64,000 bases of DNA from a virus, in IMG/VR virus record IMGVR_UViG_3300044981_000350, positions 9,440-73,439 of that record; one strand, 5' to 3'. The translations under genes were made by a program, and so were the position numbers. Of the stretch, positions 28,376 through 37,933 are shown piece after piece. Each line of letters begins with the position of its first letter. The stretch's first letter is position 1. Under the pieces are notes generated by a model that was given only the letters and a program-made list of their open reading frames with translations, did no database searches and was not told where the DNA came from.

Positions 28376-28632
28376 AGCTGCCGAGCGCGCCCTTGCCAAA
28401 TTTGATAGGCTGATGGAGCGTGGGCGATTACCTCGACAAGCTTGGCGCAAATCGGGCCGACGGACTAGAGCACGCCGCAACCGCCAAGTCGCACCGTAAG
28501 CTGCGCCGCAAGGGTACCTCCTTGACGACCACCCCGAAGCGCGCGAAACTCAGAGTCAAGCGAGTCGCTACGAAACCACCCGGGAAGGAAACGAGGGGCA
28601 CCACCAAAAAGACTCCGTCGGAGAAAGCGAAG

Positions 28633-29922
28633 ATGGCCAAGAAGAGCAAGCGCTCGAAGAAGCGTCGTTCGGCAGCGCAGCAAGCCGCGACGCGGAAGAT
28701 GCTTCGCGCCGCCAAGGCAAAGCGAGCCGGGAAAAGCCGCCGCGGCTCTTCGAAGCGAAAGGCCCGTAAGAGCGGCAAGCGCAAGAGCGCGAAGCGAGTC
28801 GCCGCGGGCAAAAAGGCCGCGCGGACCCGCAAGCGCCGCGCGTCCGTTGGAGCCTCCGAGCCGACGCGCAGCAAGCGGAAGAGCGGCAAACGTAGGGCCC
28901 GAAAGGTTCGTGCGGCTCACTCGATCAAGCTTCCCCGCGGCAAGCGCGGTGCAAAAAAGCGCGTCGGCGTCCACGTAAAAGTGGGCAAGAAACGCCGCTC
29001 GCGTGGATTCTCAGTTCCGCGGAAGACGAAGCGCGTCTACGTGATCGCAGCCGAGAAGAGCCGCCGACGTCGGAAGCGCAAGGCAAAGGCCAACCCGGCC
29101 AAGCGCCGCCGTCACTCGAGCGGTCGACGCAAGGGCGCGATGGAAAACCCGATGGACGGGGTGGAGCTCTTCATCGGAGCCATCACCGGCCTCGCGGGCT
29201 TCCTGACCGCCGACGTGCTCGACCGTTTCCTCGCGACTCACCCCCTAACGGTCTCTACGGCCGCCTCCGGGTCGACCGCAGCGACGTATACCGATACGCC
29301 CCCGACGTCGGGCGACTACCAAGGCCTCTTCAATGCGACCGCGATCTGCGCCCCGATGGACGCAACGCGGTGGCTCGCCGGCCTCGGTGTCGCAACCGTT
29401 CCGCTCGTCATCGCGCACTTCATCTCGGCCCCCAAGGGCCGAGCGGCGCTCCAGTTCTTCGGCTACGCGGCCGGGATCCGGGTCGTCGGCAAGGGCGTGA
29501 TCGACATGATCGCGCAGCTCACGCAGCCGACGCAGCTCGGCCAGCAGCTGTACGACGGTGAGATGCGCGCCGCGGCCCTCAAGGCCGGCAACGGCACGAT
29601 CGCCTCTGGCGTGAACCTCCCGAGCTCCGGCTTGGGTCGTGCCCGCCTCGGCACGGGCAAGCCCTGCGCCCCTTGCGCCACGAAGAAGATGGGCGCCGGT
29701 TACCCCAGCGCTCCCCGCGAAGTGACCGCGGTGACGAACAACAGCACCCCGACCACGCAGAACCAGCCCACGTCGACCCCGACGAATACGGCCCCCACGG
29801 CCTCGGCCCCGGCGGCCACCCCGCCGGCGCCTCCCGCGGCCGCGAACACCCTCACGGGCGCGCGCTTCATCAACGGGCTTCCTCGACGAAACCCGAATTG
29901 GGGTTATCAAGGAGACGAGTAA
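28633..29922 (+). CDS. protamine/histone-like core protein with membrane segments
   Basis: About 170 aa K/R-rich N-terminus, KANP and AMENP, hydrophobic helices, SSGLG, Pro/Thr tail with RRNP; ORF is open upstream to 28420. Confidence 0.7.
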   Translation: MAKKSKRSKKRRSAAQQAATRKMLRAAKAKRAGKSRRGSSKRKARKSGKRKSAKRVAAGKKAARTRKRRASVGASEPTRSKRKSGKRRARKVRAAHSIKLPRGKRGAKKRVGVHVKVGKKRRSRGFSVPRKTKRVYVIAAEKSRRRRKRKAKANPAKRRRHSSGRRKGAMENPMDGVELFIGAITGLAGFLTADVLDRFLATHPLTVSTAASGSTAATYTDTPPTSGDYQGLFNATAICAPMDATRWLAGLGVATVPLVIAHFISAPKGRAALQFFGYAAGIRVVGKGVIDMIAQLTQPTQLGQQLYDGEMRAAALKAGNGTIASGVNLPSSGLGRARLGTGKPCAPCATKKMGAGYPSAPREVTAVTNNSTPTTQNQPTSTPTNTAPTASAPAATPPAPPAAANTLTGARFINGLPRRNPNWGYQGDE

Positions 29923-30027
29923 CAGACGACGAGTGGCGGCGTTTTCCCGGGGAACGGAAAACAGAGTGTCTTTGACCGTTGGGTGGCGCCTTTGGGGCAC
30001 CCGACAACACCAGGTTGGAGACAGATC

Positions 30028-31359
30028 ATGGCCTATCAATCGCGAATCGTGAATCAGCCGAAGAGCAAGACGCTCGTTCGGCCCCGTCCCGCAGACCGCT
30101 ACGTCGTGGGCGCCTCCGGCGTTCCCAATGAGGCGAAGATCAAGGCAGGCCTCGGCTCGGCCGGTCTCGGCTCGATCCTCGACATCATGAAGGCGTCTAG
30201 CGAGACGCCGGTGTGGAGCATGGACGTCATCGAGCAGGTCCGCTGGACGATGACCGGCCCGCAGACCGACGCGTCGGTTCAAGCGAACTTCGGCGCGGAG
30301 ATCGACCTCTTCGGCTCCGGCAAGTCGCCGCAAGGCATTGACTTCGTCGAGACGACGATGGCGCAGACGGGCCAGACGCAGACGCACTTCGTCGCCTGCT
30401 ACATCGGCTTCCACATGGAGCCGGAACCCCTCTGCTTTACGGCGCGCGGCAACGCGTCGACGCACCCCACGAGCGCGGTGGCTCAGCCCCCGTCCCCGGA
30501 CGTCTTCACGCAGAACGACCGCGCCAACGGCGCCCTCGGCACGGCCGTCGCGGCCGGCACCCAGACGTTCCTCCCGGCGGTCTACCGCCACGGCTGGTGG
30601 GCGAACTACGTTTGCTGGCACATGGCCCGCGCGTACAACCTCCGGTGGAAAATCGGCCAGCACGTCAACATCATGGACGAGCAGTTGCGCCACACGGCGT
30701 ACATGCCGCCCAGCGCGCAAGAGGGCTCGGCCTCCAACTCGCAGGTCGATGTGACCACGTTCGTCGCGAACCTCAACCAGCGCTACGACTCGCTCGGGTC
30801 CGCGCTCGACTTCATCCCGTCGAACTTCATCCGCATCGGTAGCGACGCGGTCGGCGGCGTGAACGTCGGTTTCTTCATGCCCTCGCGTGACTTCGAGATC
30901 GTCGATGCCACCTACGGCGGCATGGACCTCCGGAGCATGCTCAAGGGCAACAGCGAGATGCGGAAGCTCTGCGTCCCGTACGTCATCGCCCCGGGCGTGC
31001 CCATCGGCCTCTTCCTCCAGGAGTGCGACACAGTTCAGGGCGACACGATGCGCCAGTTCCTCTCCATCACGCAAGGCCTCGGCGGCGCAATCCCGCCCTC
31101 TCTGACGCCGGACGAGAACTACATCGCGGAGCCGACCGCCACGGGCACCAACGTCATGTTGGAGCGCACGCTGAGCGGCACGAACGTCGCGCAGCAAGTC
31201 GACGCCGAGCGCGTCGTCTTCCAGGGCGGCGATCTGAAGCTCACGCTTCCGATCCGCGGCTTCGAAGTGAGCGCCGACTGGTACAACCAGCTCTCTTCGT
31301 CCGCCGACATCCGCGCCGCGGTCTTCGACTGCGTCGGGATGCGCTTCGCGGCTCAGTGA
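30028..31359 (+). CDS. putative major capsid protein (non-HK97; jelly-roll suspected)
   Basis: GGAG RBS, strongly C/G-ending codons, N-terminal AGLGSAGLGS, beta-strand-like segments, central position in the structural block; fold is inferred. Confidence 0.5.
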   Translation: MAYQSRIVNQPKSKTLVRPRPADRYVVGASGVPNEAKIKAGLGSAGLGSILDIMKASSETPVWSMDVIEQVRWTMTGPQTDASVQANFGAEIDLFGSGKSPQGIDFVETTMAQTGQTQTHFVACYIGFHMEPEPLCFTARGNASTHPTSAVAQPPSPDVFTQNDRANGALGTAVAAGTQTFLPAVYRHGWWANYVCWHMARAYNLRWKIGQHVNIMDEQLRHTAYMPPSAQEGSASNSQVDVTTFVANLNQRYDSLGSALDFIPSNFIRIGSDAVGGVNVGFFMPSRDFEIVDATYGGMDLRSMLKGNSEMRKLCVPYVIAPGVPIGLFLQECDTVQGDTMRQFLSITQGLGGAIPPSLTPDENYIAEPTATGTNVMLERTLSGTNVAQQVDAERVVFQGGDLKLTLPIRGFEVSADWYNQLSSSADIRAAVFDCVGMRFAAQ

Positions 31360-31393
31360 CAACGGGGGTAGCTCCCCATAAGGAGACCCTCCG

Positions 31394-32149
31394 ATGAGCA
31401 ATATCGTCGCATTCAGCGAGGAGCAGTTCAAAGCGCTCATCGCTCAGATCCGAACCCCCCATAGCAGCGGGTTGGGCGCGCCTCCGGGCAAGCCCTCTCG
31501 AGCCTTGGGGTTCGGATGCGGCGACAGCGACTTCGGCCCGCTCGCCACCGGCATCTACTCGATGCTGGCGGCGGGCTCGCCGCGTCTCGCTCTCGCCAAG
31601 GCGCGCGGCGTTCCGCTCGCCCCCTACATCATCAACGTGCGGGCGATCTTCCCGGACACGTCCACCACGTTGGTCCCCGACGTCGGCAGCGACGTGAAAA
31701 TTACGCAGGATACGCTCATCGACTCGCTCATCATCCGGATCCAAAACGAGTCGGACACGGCGAACCAGAACCAGTTTCAGTCGCTCTCTGACTTCTTCTA
31801 CGGGTACCAGAGTGCGATCGAAGCGACCCTCGATGTGCAGGGCGCGCCTCGCTATACGGTCACCGGCGATAAGTTCGTTCCCCTCAGCGTGCTGGGCGAT
31901 CCGAACAACGGCGTCGGGCACTGGCCCGGCGGGTGGGTGCTCACGTATCAGCAACAGCTCTTCATGAGCTTCCAGGCGAAGGTGCTCCTTCCCTACGCGC
32001 CGATCGAAGTGATCTGCTCGTTCCGCGGTTGGGTGCCGGTCACCCAAGCTTTCGTCAGCATGACGAACCGCGAGGCGATCACGCTCCTTCAATCGGAGTT
32101 CGGCATTCAACTGGACGATTCGTACATCAATCGAGTCGTTGCCCTCTGA
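31394..32149 (+). CDS. putative second capsid protein
   Basis: AGGAG RBS, N-terminal SSGLGA, beta-rich core (DTLIDSLIIRI...WVLTYQQQLFMSF...IEVICSFRG). Confidence 0.45.
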   Translation: MSNIVAFSEEQFKALIAQIRTPHSSGLGAPPGKPSRALGFGCGDSDFGPLATGIYSMLAAGSPRLALAKARGVPLAPYIINVRAIFPDTSTTLVPDVGSDVKITQDTLIDSLIIRIQNESDTANQNQFQSLSDFFYGYQSAIEATLDVQGAPRYTVTGDKFVPLSVLGDPNNGVGHWPGGWVLTYQQQLFMSFQAKVLLPYAPIEVICSFRGWVPVTQAFVSMTNREAITLLQSEFGIQLDDSYINRVVAL

Positions 32150-32161
32150 CCCTAAGCCCCG

Positions 32162-32971
32162 ATGGGTCGCATCGTCGAAATTGCTTCGAGTGGGCTCGAT
32201 GAATACCTCCAAGGCGTCGGCGGCGACCCTTGGGGGGGTTCATCTGCGCTCGGCTTGCGCGTTCCCTTTCTTGCGACGCCCGACAAGAACAACCGCTACC
32301 TCTTTCTCCTCGCGAGCTTCACGATCGGCGAGGGCGCGTCGGTAGTTATCAAGGGCTACCGACAATACGCATCCCTCGGGATCGCGCTCAGCGCAACGCG
32401 GTTCATCGAGCAAGAAATCACGAGCCCTGCGTTTCGACTCCCCGACGGGAACATCAGCTGGGCGATCCGAGGGTTGGGCCCGCCGAACGCCGGCGGCTAC
32501 CCAAAGCAGGGCCCTACCCCCGACGATCTGCGTTCGTTCAAGAAGAACTGGGCCGACGGCAGCTGCCTTCTCTATAACGACTACACGATCGCGGCGGGCA
32601 ACCAGATTTACACGCAGCTCGAGTCCTACGTGGCGCCGAACCTCGGTCGACCGTGGGGCACCGCGCTCCCCGCCGGGCAGCAAGGCAACTTCACCGACCT
32701 ACGCACGCCGTGGAAATCGAGCCGCGCGTGGGCGAGCCTCGATGTTCACGTCGATGGACCCACCACCATCGCGTTTTTCGCCAGCGTGCGGCAAAGCGCC
32801 GGCACCTACGCGGCGGCCGCCCCATCGGCGAGCTTCTCCGGGATGAACACCCCCGAGGAAGCTTTCATGGCGAACTTCACGACGGGCGGCGATGCGCCCA
32901 CGAAGCCAATCTACTGGCGCGTCGGGGGAAGTCTCATCGTGGAAGTGCAGAAAGGATTCACGGGTCCATGA
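32162..32971 (+). CDS. putative minor capsid or vertex protein
   Basis: Beta-rich soluble protein adjacent to the two capsid candidates. Confidence 0.4.
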   Translation: MGRIVEIASSGLDEYLQGVGGDPWGGSSALGLRVPFLATPDKNNRYLFLLASFTIGEGASVVIKGYRQYASLGIALSATRFIEQEITSPAFRLPDGNISWAIRGLGPPNAGGYPKQGPTPDDLRSFKKNWADGSCLLYNDYTIAAGNQIYTQLESYVAPNLGRPWGTALPAGQQGNFTDLRTPWKSSRAWASLDVHVDGPTTIAFFASVRQSAGTYAAAAPSASFSGMNTPEEAFMANFTTGGDAPTKPIYWRVGGSLIVEVQKGFTGP

Positions 32972-33345
32972 AACGCCGCAAACGTCGTTCCTCAGAGACG
33001 ATCGTCGTCTACCAGAAGAACCCGAAAATCTCCCCGTGGGTGTGGGTCCTCGGCGGGGCGGCTCTTCTCGGCGGCGGGTACCTCACCTACTGCTATTTCA
33101 AGACGCACTTCACGGTCGCGGCGAGCATGGCCTACGGGGTGCCGGCCGGCGCAGCGATTACCCTCACTGCCCCCGCGGGCGCCACATGGACCGGGCTCAC
33201 GGCCAGCGATGGGAGTCAAGTGCAAGTCGCGGTCGGGCAGACGACCCCCCTCACGTTTACCGCGAGCGCCACGACGGGCGTGACGTATACCGTCGCGTGG
33301 ACCCTCAACAACGTGCCGGCGACGGCCACCATCACCACGCAGTAA
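32968..33345 (+). CDS. NP-leader membrane protein, small beta ectodomain
   Basis: MKRRKRR...YQKNP + TM; LTAPAGATW motif. Confidence 0.75.
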   Translation: MKRRKRRSSETIVVYQKNPKISPWVWVLGGAALLGGGYLTYCYFKTHFTVAASMAYGVPAGAAITLTAPAGATWTGLTASDGSQVQVAVGQTTPLTFTASATTGVTYTVAWTLNNVPATATITTQ

Positions 33346-33349
33346 ACCC

Positions 33350-33751
33350 ATGGCTCGTCGAAACCCAGACCTGTCCACCCTCTGGTGGGCCCTCAGCGCC
33401 GCATCCCTCGCAGGCACCGTCGGCTACTACGTCGGCAAGGGCGTCAACCCGCTCAACCCGGCGTCGAACGTCACAACGAATATCGCCCTGACGAATGGCG
33501 GTTCCCTCACGGCGCCGGCCGGCGGTACCTGGATCCTGACCCTCCCGAGCGGCGCGACGTGGACGAACCTGACGGACACGAACAACGACATCACCTCGCC
33601 GCCCACGGGTACCGGCCCCGCTACGATTACCACCCCGGTTTCGGGTGTGACCTACACTGCAACGTGGAGCACGACCCCCACGACAGTGACCACCGGTCGA
33701 AACAATCGAAACAACCAGAATACGCAGACCGCCACGATCACGGCGCAATAA
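33350..33751 (+). CDS. NP-leader membrane protein, small beta ectodomain
   Basis: MARRNP + TM; LTLPSGATW motif. Confidence 0.75.
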   Translation: MARRNPDLSTLWWALSAASLAGTVGYYVGKGVNPLNPASNVTTNIALTNGGSLTAPAGGTWILTLPSGATWTNLTDTNNDITSPPTGTGPATITTPVSGVTYTATWSTTPTTVTTGRNNRNNQNTQTATITAQ

Positions 33752-33760
33752 GGGAATCCC

Positions 33761-34153
33761 ATGGCTCGACGAAAATCCCTTGCCCGCCGATCCCGATCGA
33801 GGGAAAACCCCGGCATCCCCCTCTGGATCTGGCTCGCCGGCGGGGCCCTCGCGGCGGGCGGCGTCGGCTACCTCATCTACACGAACACCGTGAACAGCCC
33901 GGCGCCGGCCCCGGGAGCTACGGCGGCCCCCGGGACGTCGAACATCACATTGGGTACGACCCCCGTCACCGTCCCCGGAGGCTTCGTTACCGTGAGTCTA
34001 CCCGTCAACGCCACGTGGGTTTCCCTCACCGGCGGCGGGGCCACGGCGGGATCTTCTGACCAGGTGACTATCAACCTCCCCAGCGGAAGCACCGCGACGG
34101 CCGTTTGGAACAACGGAACGGCCCAACAGACCACCACCATTACCGCTTCGTAG
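33761..34153 (+). CDS. NP-leader membrane protein, small beta ectodomain
   Basis: MARRKSLARRSRSRENP + TM; VSLPVNATW motif. Confidence 0.75.
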   Translation: MARRKSLARRSRSRENPGIPLWIWLAGGALAAGGVGYLIYTNTVNSPAPAPGATAAPGTSNITLGTTPVTVPGGFVTVSLPVNATWVSLTGGGATAGSSDQVTINLPSGSTATAVWNNGTAQQTTTITAS

Positions 34154-34190
34154 CCCCGCGTAGTATCATAGTCCTAGGAGATCAACCCCC

Positions 34191-34403
34191 ATGCGCCGTC
34201 GTGCTCGTCGAAACCCCACCCTTCCCACCTGGGCCCTCGTCCTCGGGGGAGCCGCCGTCGTCGGCGCCGTGGGTTACGCCATCTACACCAAGCAGCAAGC
34301 CACGACGCAGATCGCTGGCGCTGCCAACGCACTCGCCCCCGCGTCCACCACGACCACGTCGTCTACGACCACGACGACGCCGGCCGCCACTTCGTCGTCG
34401 TAA
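34191..34403 (+). CDS. small NP-leader membrane protein
   Basis: AGGAG RBS; MRRRARRNP + TM + Thr/Ser tail. Confidence 0.75.
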   Translation: MRRRARRNPTLPTWALVLGGAAVVGAVGYAIYTKQQATTQIAGAANALAPASTTTTSSTTTTTPAATSSS

Positions 34404-34412
34404 ACCCCGCCG

Positions 34413-34955
34413 ATGGGAATGTGGGATCAGGCGAGCGATTGCGAGACCTGCGGCGGCGGCCTCCGCGCCTGGGGCCATCTCGCGCCGCCCAATCCTACTG
34501 TTTCCCTAGATGAGGTGAGTCCGATGGATGTTGGAAATCGATGGGGCATTTTGACGGGTGCCGGGGCCGCACCGGATCGGCTCCGGCGCGTGCCGCGGGT
34601 CTTCGCGGGGCTCGGTGACGACAGCTCCGACGATAACCCGCCCGTCGACACCGACACTACGAGCGGGAGCATCGACAGCAGCGACAACTCCGACGCTGCG
34701 GTCAACCCGACGATTTCACCGGTCACCGCCAACCCCGGCGAGACCATCTCCGCCAGCCCGACGCCGACTGCGGTTTCAAACGCGAATGGCGGCGGCTCGA
34801 CATCAAGCGGCGGTGGCGGTTCCCCGAGTGTCTCCTCAAGTACCCCCGCGAGCACGAACTACACCCCGTGGATCATCGGGGGCGCGGTCGTCGGCGGGGC
34901 CGGCCTCCTCGGGTTCGCGCTCTGGCGGCGGCACCACAAGCTGCATCGGCGATGA
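34413..34955 (+). CDS. GLG-motif protein with C-terminal TM anchor
   Basis: FAGLGDD, Ser/Thr linker, TPWIIGGAVVGGAG..WRRHH; start uncertain. Confidence 0.65.
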   Translation: MGMWDQASDCETCGGGLRAWGHLAPPNPTVSLDEVSPMDVGNRWGILTGAGAAPDRLRRVPRVFAGLGDDSSDDNPPVDTDTTSGSIDSSDNSDAAVNPTISPVTANPGETISASPTPTAVSNANGGGSTSSGGGGSPSVSSSTPASTNYTPWIIGGAVVGGAGLLGFALWRRHHKLHRR

Positions 34956-35380
34956 AGCTCCTCGGCGCCGGTAATCGTGGCGCCGGGCTTGGGGATGCCT
35001 CGATCCTTCCGGCGGATCCACTCACCCAAGCGACTGCGGATCTTGTGGCGTGGCTCGTGGCGAGTCCGTGCACGCAAAACGCCGTCACGCAGGTAAGCGA
35101 TTTCCAAACGGCGTGGAACACTTCGACGCTCGGCGGAACGCTCACCGTCGACGGTAAATACGGGCCCCAAACACGCGGCGCGCTCCAAGCGGCGATGAAC
35201 GCGGCGGGGACGGGGAGCGCCCCCGCAGATTGCTTCACGTCCGCGAGTGCGGTGTGCCCTCAGGCTGCGGCCGCTGCGTCATTCGCACCCTGGATCATCG
35301 GCACCGCCGTGGTCGCTGGCGCTGGTGTTATTGCGTACACTTATTGGCAGCTCCACCACGCTCGCGGCGGCCGCCGCTGA
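34952..35380 (+). CDS. peptidoglycan-binding-domain protein with C-terminal TM anchor
   Basis: GAGLGD; VSDFQ...[15 protein letters not shown] (PG_binding_1-like); [14 protein letters not shown]. Confidence 0.7.
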   Translation: MKLLGAGNRGAGLGDASILPADPLTQATADLVAWLVASPCTQNAVTQVSDFQTAWNTSTLGGTLTVDGKYGPQTRGALQAAMNAAGTGSAPADCFTSASAVCPQAAAAASFAPWIIGTAVVAGAGVIAYTYWQLHHARGGRR

Positions 35381-35390
35381 GGATCCCCCG

Positions 35391-36068
35391 ATGCCCATTC
35401 CCTACACCCAACCGGGTTACTCGTACAGCCCCGTCGCAGCCGTTTCGCTCGGCCAAGTGGGGGCTACGGGATCGCACGGGGCGAGCGGGCCGACAGGCCC
35501 CGCGGGGGCCACTGGAGCCACCGGACCGACGGGCACTACCGGCGGAGCGGGAGCGACGGGAGCTACCGGGAGCGGAGCTACGGGAGCCACTGGAGCCGCC
35601 GGCGCGACAGGCCCCGGTGGTGGAGCCACGGGAGCTACCGGCGCAGGTGGTGCGGCCGGCGCTACGGGCGCCACCGGAGCGGCCAATACCGGCCATCATG
35701 CCTACAGCCAAAACGCGTCGGCGGTGAGTGCCTCTACGACGCCGACGTTCACGAGCGGGTCCTACACCTCGACTTCGGGGACGATCCTCATCATCGCTAC
35801 CATGACGGCTACGGGGCTTGGCGCGACGTTGGCGGCAAACGACGCCGTTGTCTTCAACCTCCTCCAAGACGGATCGATCATCGGAACTTCCCCGAGCATG
35901 AGCGTTGGCGCTGCGGGCCCCGGCCCGGTCGACGCGTCGGGCGCCCTCTCGATGATCCTCGCCGCCTCCGGAGCCCACACCTACGCGATCCAAGCGACGG
36001 TTTTGACCGGGAGCCACACCGCCACCGTTCAAATCGGCCAGGCCGCCATTTCCATCACCGACCTCTGA
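35391..36068 (+). CDS. collagen-like fibre/spike protein
   Basis: [10 protein letters not shown]-terminus, GAT/GPT triplets, C-terminal beta domain. Confidence 0.8.
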   Translation: MPIPYTQPGYSYSPVAAVSLGQVGATGSHGASGPTGPAGATGATGPTGTTGGAGATGATGSGATGATGAAGATGPGGGATGATGAGGAAGATGATGAANTGHHAYSQNASAVSASTTPTFTSGSYTSTSGTILIIATMTATGLGATLAANDAVVFNLLQDGSIIGTSPSMSVGAAGPGPVDASGALSMILAASGAHTYAIQATVLTGSHTATVQIGQAAISITDL

Positions 36069-36092
36069 TTTTTTCCCTCCGAGAGAACCGCC

Positions 36093-36698
36093 ATGCCCAT
36101 TCCCTACACTCAGCCCGGTATTGATTACAGCGTCGCCGCGGTGGTCGCCGTAGGCGGCGGTGGAATGACCCGCGGTGCCACGGGCGCCACGGGGCCTTCC
36201 GGCACCATCGGGGCCACGGGCGCCACCGGAGCCGGAATCATCGGTGCGACAGGCGCCACCGGACCTACCGGCGTCGGCGCTACCGGCGCTACGGGAGCCA
36301 ACGGCTCCGGCATCGTTTCGACCACCACCACCGCTTCGGATGTCGTTCTAACGACGAGCCCCGCGGCTATCGTCACGAGCTCCGCGGTGTCGGTCACGAG
36401 CGGCCAAAAGGTGTTGGTCCTATTCTCGGCCAACGTCGCCAACACCGGCGAGGTGGTCACGAGCGGGGAAACACTCGTGAGTTTCGCGGCGCAGTTCGAT
36501 ACCACGACCGTTGACTCTTTCCAACAGTTGTTGGTGAACGCCACCGACAACGGAAATGCGACCGTGAGCTGGTCCTACGAGGTCACGGGCCTTTCGACGG
36601 GAAGCCACACGTTCCGGGCGCTCGGGTCGGTCGACGCCACTACGTGCACGCCCGAGGTCATCGCGGCTCGCATCACCACTGTTCTTCTTCCGGGCTAA
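36093..36698 (+). CDS. collagen-like fibre/spike protein
   Basis: [10 protein letters not shown]-terminus, GAT triplets, C-terminal beta domain. Confidence 0.8.
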   Translation: MPIPYTQPGIDYSVAAVVAVGGGGMTRGATGATGPSGTIGATGATGAGIIGATGATGPTGVGATGATGANGSGIVSTTTTASDVVLTTSPAAIVTSSAVSVTSGQKVLVLFSANVANTGEVVTSGETLVSFAAQFDTTTVDSFQQLLVNATDNGNATVSWSYEVTGLSTGSHTFRALGSVDATTCTPEVIAARITTVLLPG

Positions 36699-36701
36699 CC
36701 T

Positions 36702-37346
36702 ATGAGCGTCGGCCAGATCCTCAACCGCGGCTCACGGGTTGCCGTTCAACCGGGGATCCCCGCTGGCGCTACAGGCCCGAGCGGAGCCACGGGGCCGACC
36801 GGCGCCACGGGAAGCACGGGGCCCACTGGCTCCCCCGGAGCTACGGGTGCTACCGGGGCCACGGGTGTCGGAGCCACGGGCGCTACGGGGCCGGGTGGCG
36901 CGGGCACCGCCGGGGCTACCGGGGCTACCGGGGCCACGGGAGCTACGGGAACGGGAACAGCCGGCGCGACTGGCGCCACCGGACCGACCAGCGCCGGGGG
37001 GCCGGCCGTAGTCACCGCCTCTACACCAGAGGACACCAACCCCCACACGTTGACGACGCGCGCCATCACCTCCAATACGGAGCTCGTGGTCGAGGTTGTT
37101 TTTCTCGCGCGTGACCCCACCGACGGCAATGACGAGGGCGGCCGTATCGCCGGTACCTTCAAGAATACGGCGGGGACCGCAGTGCAAGAGGGGACGACGA
37201 CGAAGGTGTGGCAGCAGGCGAACGCCGGGGGCGTCGTTTGCACCTTCGGCGTGACCGGCGGGAGCTACGAGATCATCGGGACCGGCAACGGTGATGGCAC
37301 CACCGACTGGACTCTCTACATCTACGAGTACCCAAGCGAACTCTAA
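36702..37346 (+). CDS. collagen-like fibre/spike protein
   Basis: GAT/GPT triplets and a distinct C-terminal domain. Confidence 0.8.
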   Translation: MSVGQILNRGSRVAVQPGIPAGATGPSGATGPTGATGSTGPTGSPGATGATGATGVGATGATGPGGAGTAGATGATGATGATGTGTAGATGATGPTSAGGPAVVTASTPEDTNPHTLTTRAITSNTELVVEVVFLARDPTDGNDEGGRIAGTFKNTAGTAVQEGTTTKVWQQANAGGVVCTFGVTGGSYEIIGTGNGDGTTDWTLYIYEYPSEL

Positions 37347-37933
37347 ACGATCCCGCCGTGGGAGACGGGGCCGGCCACCTCGTCGACGACATACCCCATC
37401 TCGTGAAGCCGCTCGAAGAACGCGTGGTCTTCCTTGAGCATGATCCGCTTGCCCGCCCATGGCAGGATCATGTGGTGGAAGAGCGCCACGCGGGAGCTTT
37501 CATCTTGGTAGTAGGTGAGGTCCGCGTAACGCCGGCACATGGCCTCGAGAACTCCCCTCGTGATCAAGGCGCACCCCAAGCCGGCGTGGGTGATCCGGCC
37601 GATTGAATCCCGCGTGACGGCCCACGGGTGGGGCGGCGTACGGGTCTTGTAGGGAATGACGACCACCGGCCGATCGGCGGCGAGCATCCGCGCGAACATG
37701 TCGGGGGTCAGATCGATATCGTCATCTCGGAAGAACAGCGCGTCACACGGACCCTTGAGGAAATCCGCTACGAGGTCGGCGCGGGCGCAGTCGATCCAGG
37801 GGCTGTCCTTGATGAGGCCCACCACTGAACCTTCGAGGCCAAGCCGTTGGGCGATACCCCGGGTTGTTCGATGGAGGTGCTCTTCACGTTCCTTCGACAT
37901 GCGGTGGGCCGGGGTCGCGAAGTAGACCTTCAT
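37343..37933 (-). CDS. GT-A (GT2-like) glycosyltransferase
   Basis: [40 protein letters not shown]. Confidence 0.75.
   Translation of the reverse strand: MKVYFATPAHRMSKEREEHLHRTTRGIAQRLGLEGSVVGLIKDSPWIDCARADLVADFLKGPCDALFFRDDDIDLTPDMFARMLAADRPVVVIPYKTRTPPHPWAVTRDSIGRITHAGLGCALITRGVLEAMCRRYADLTYYQDESSRVALFHHMILPWAGKRIMLKEDHAFFERLHEMGYVVDEVAGPVSHGGIV

Noticed and set aside
29245-31440. 731-aa antisense ORF (also 25648-27168)
   Set aside because: Shadows of strongly biased plus-strand structural genes; no motifs
24197-34403. Arg-rich leaders as Tat signal peptides
   Set aside because: They lack the S/T-R-R-x-F-L-K consensus; the conserved element is NP, which also occurs internally and after TM helices
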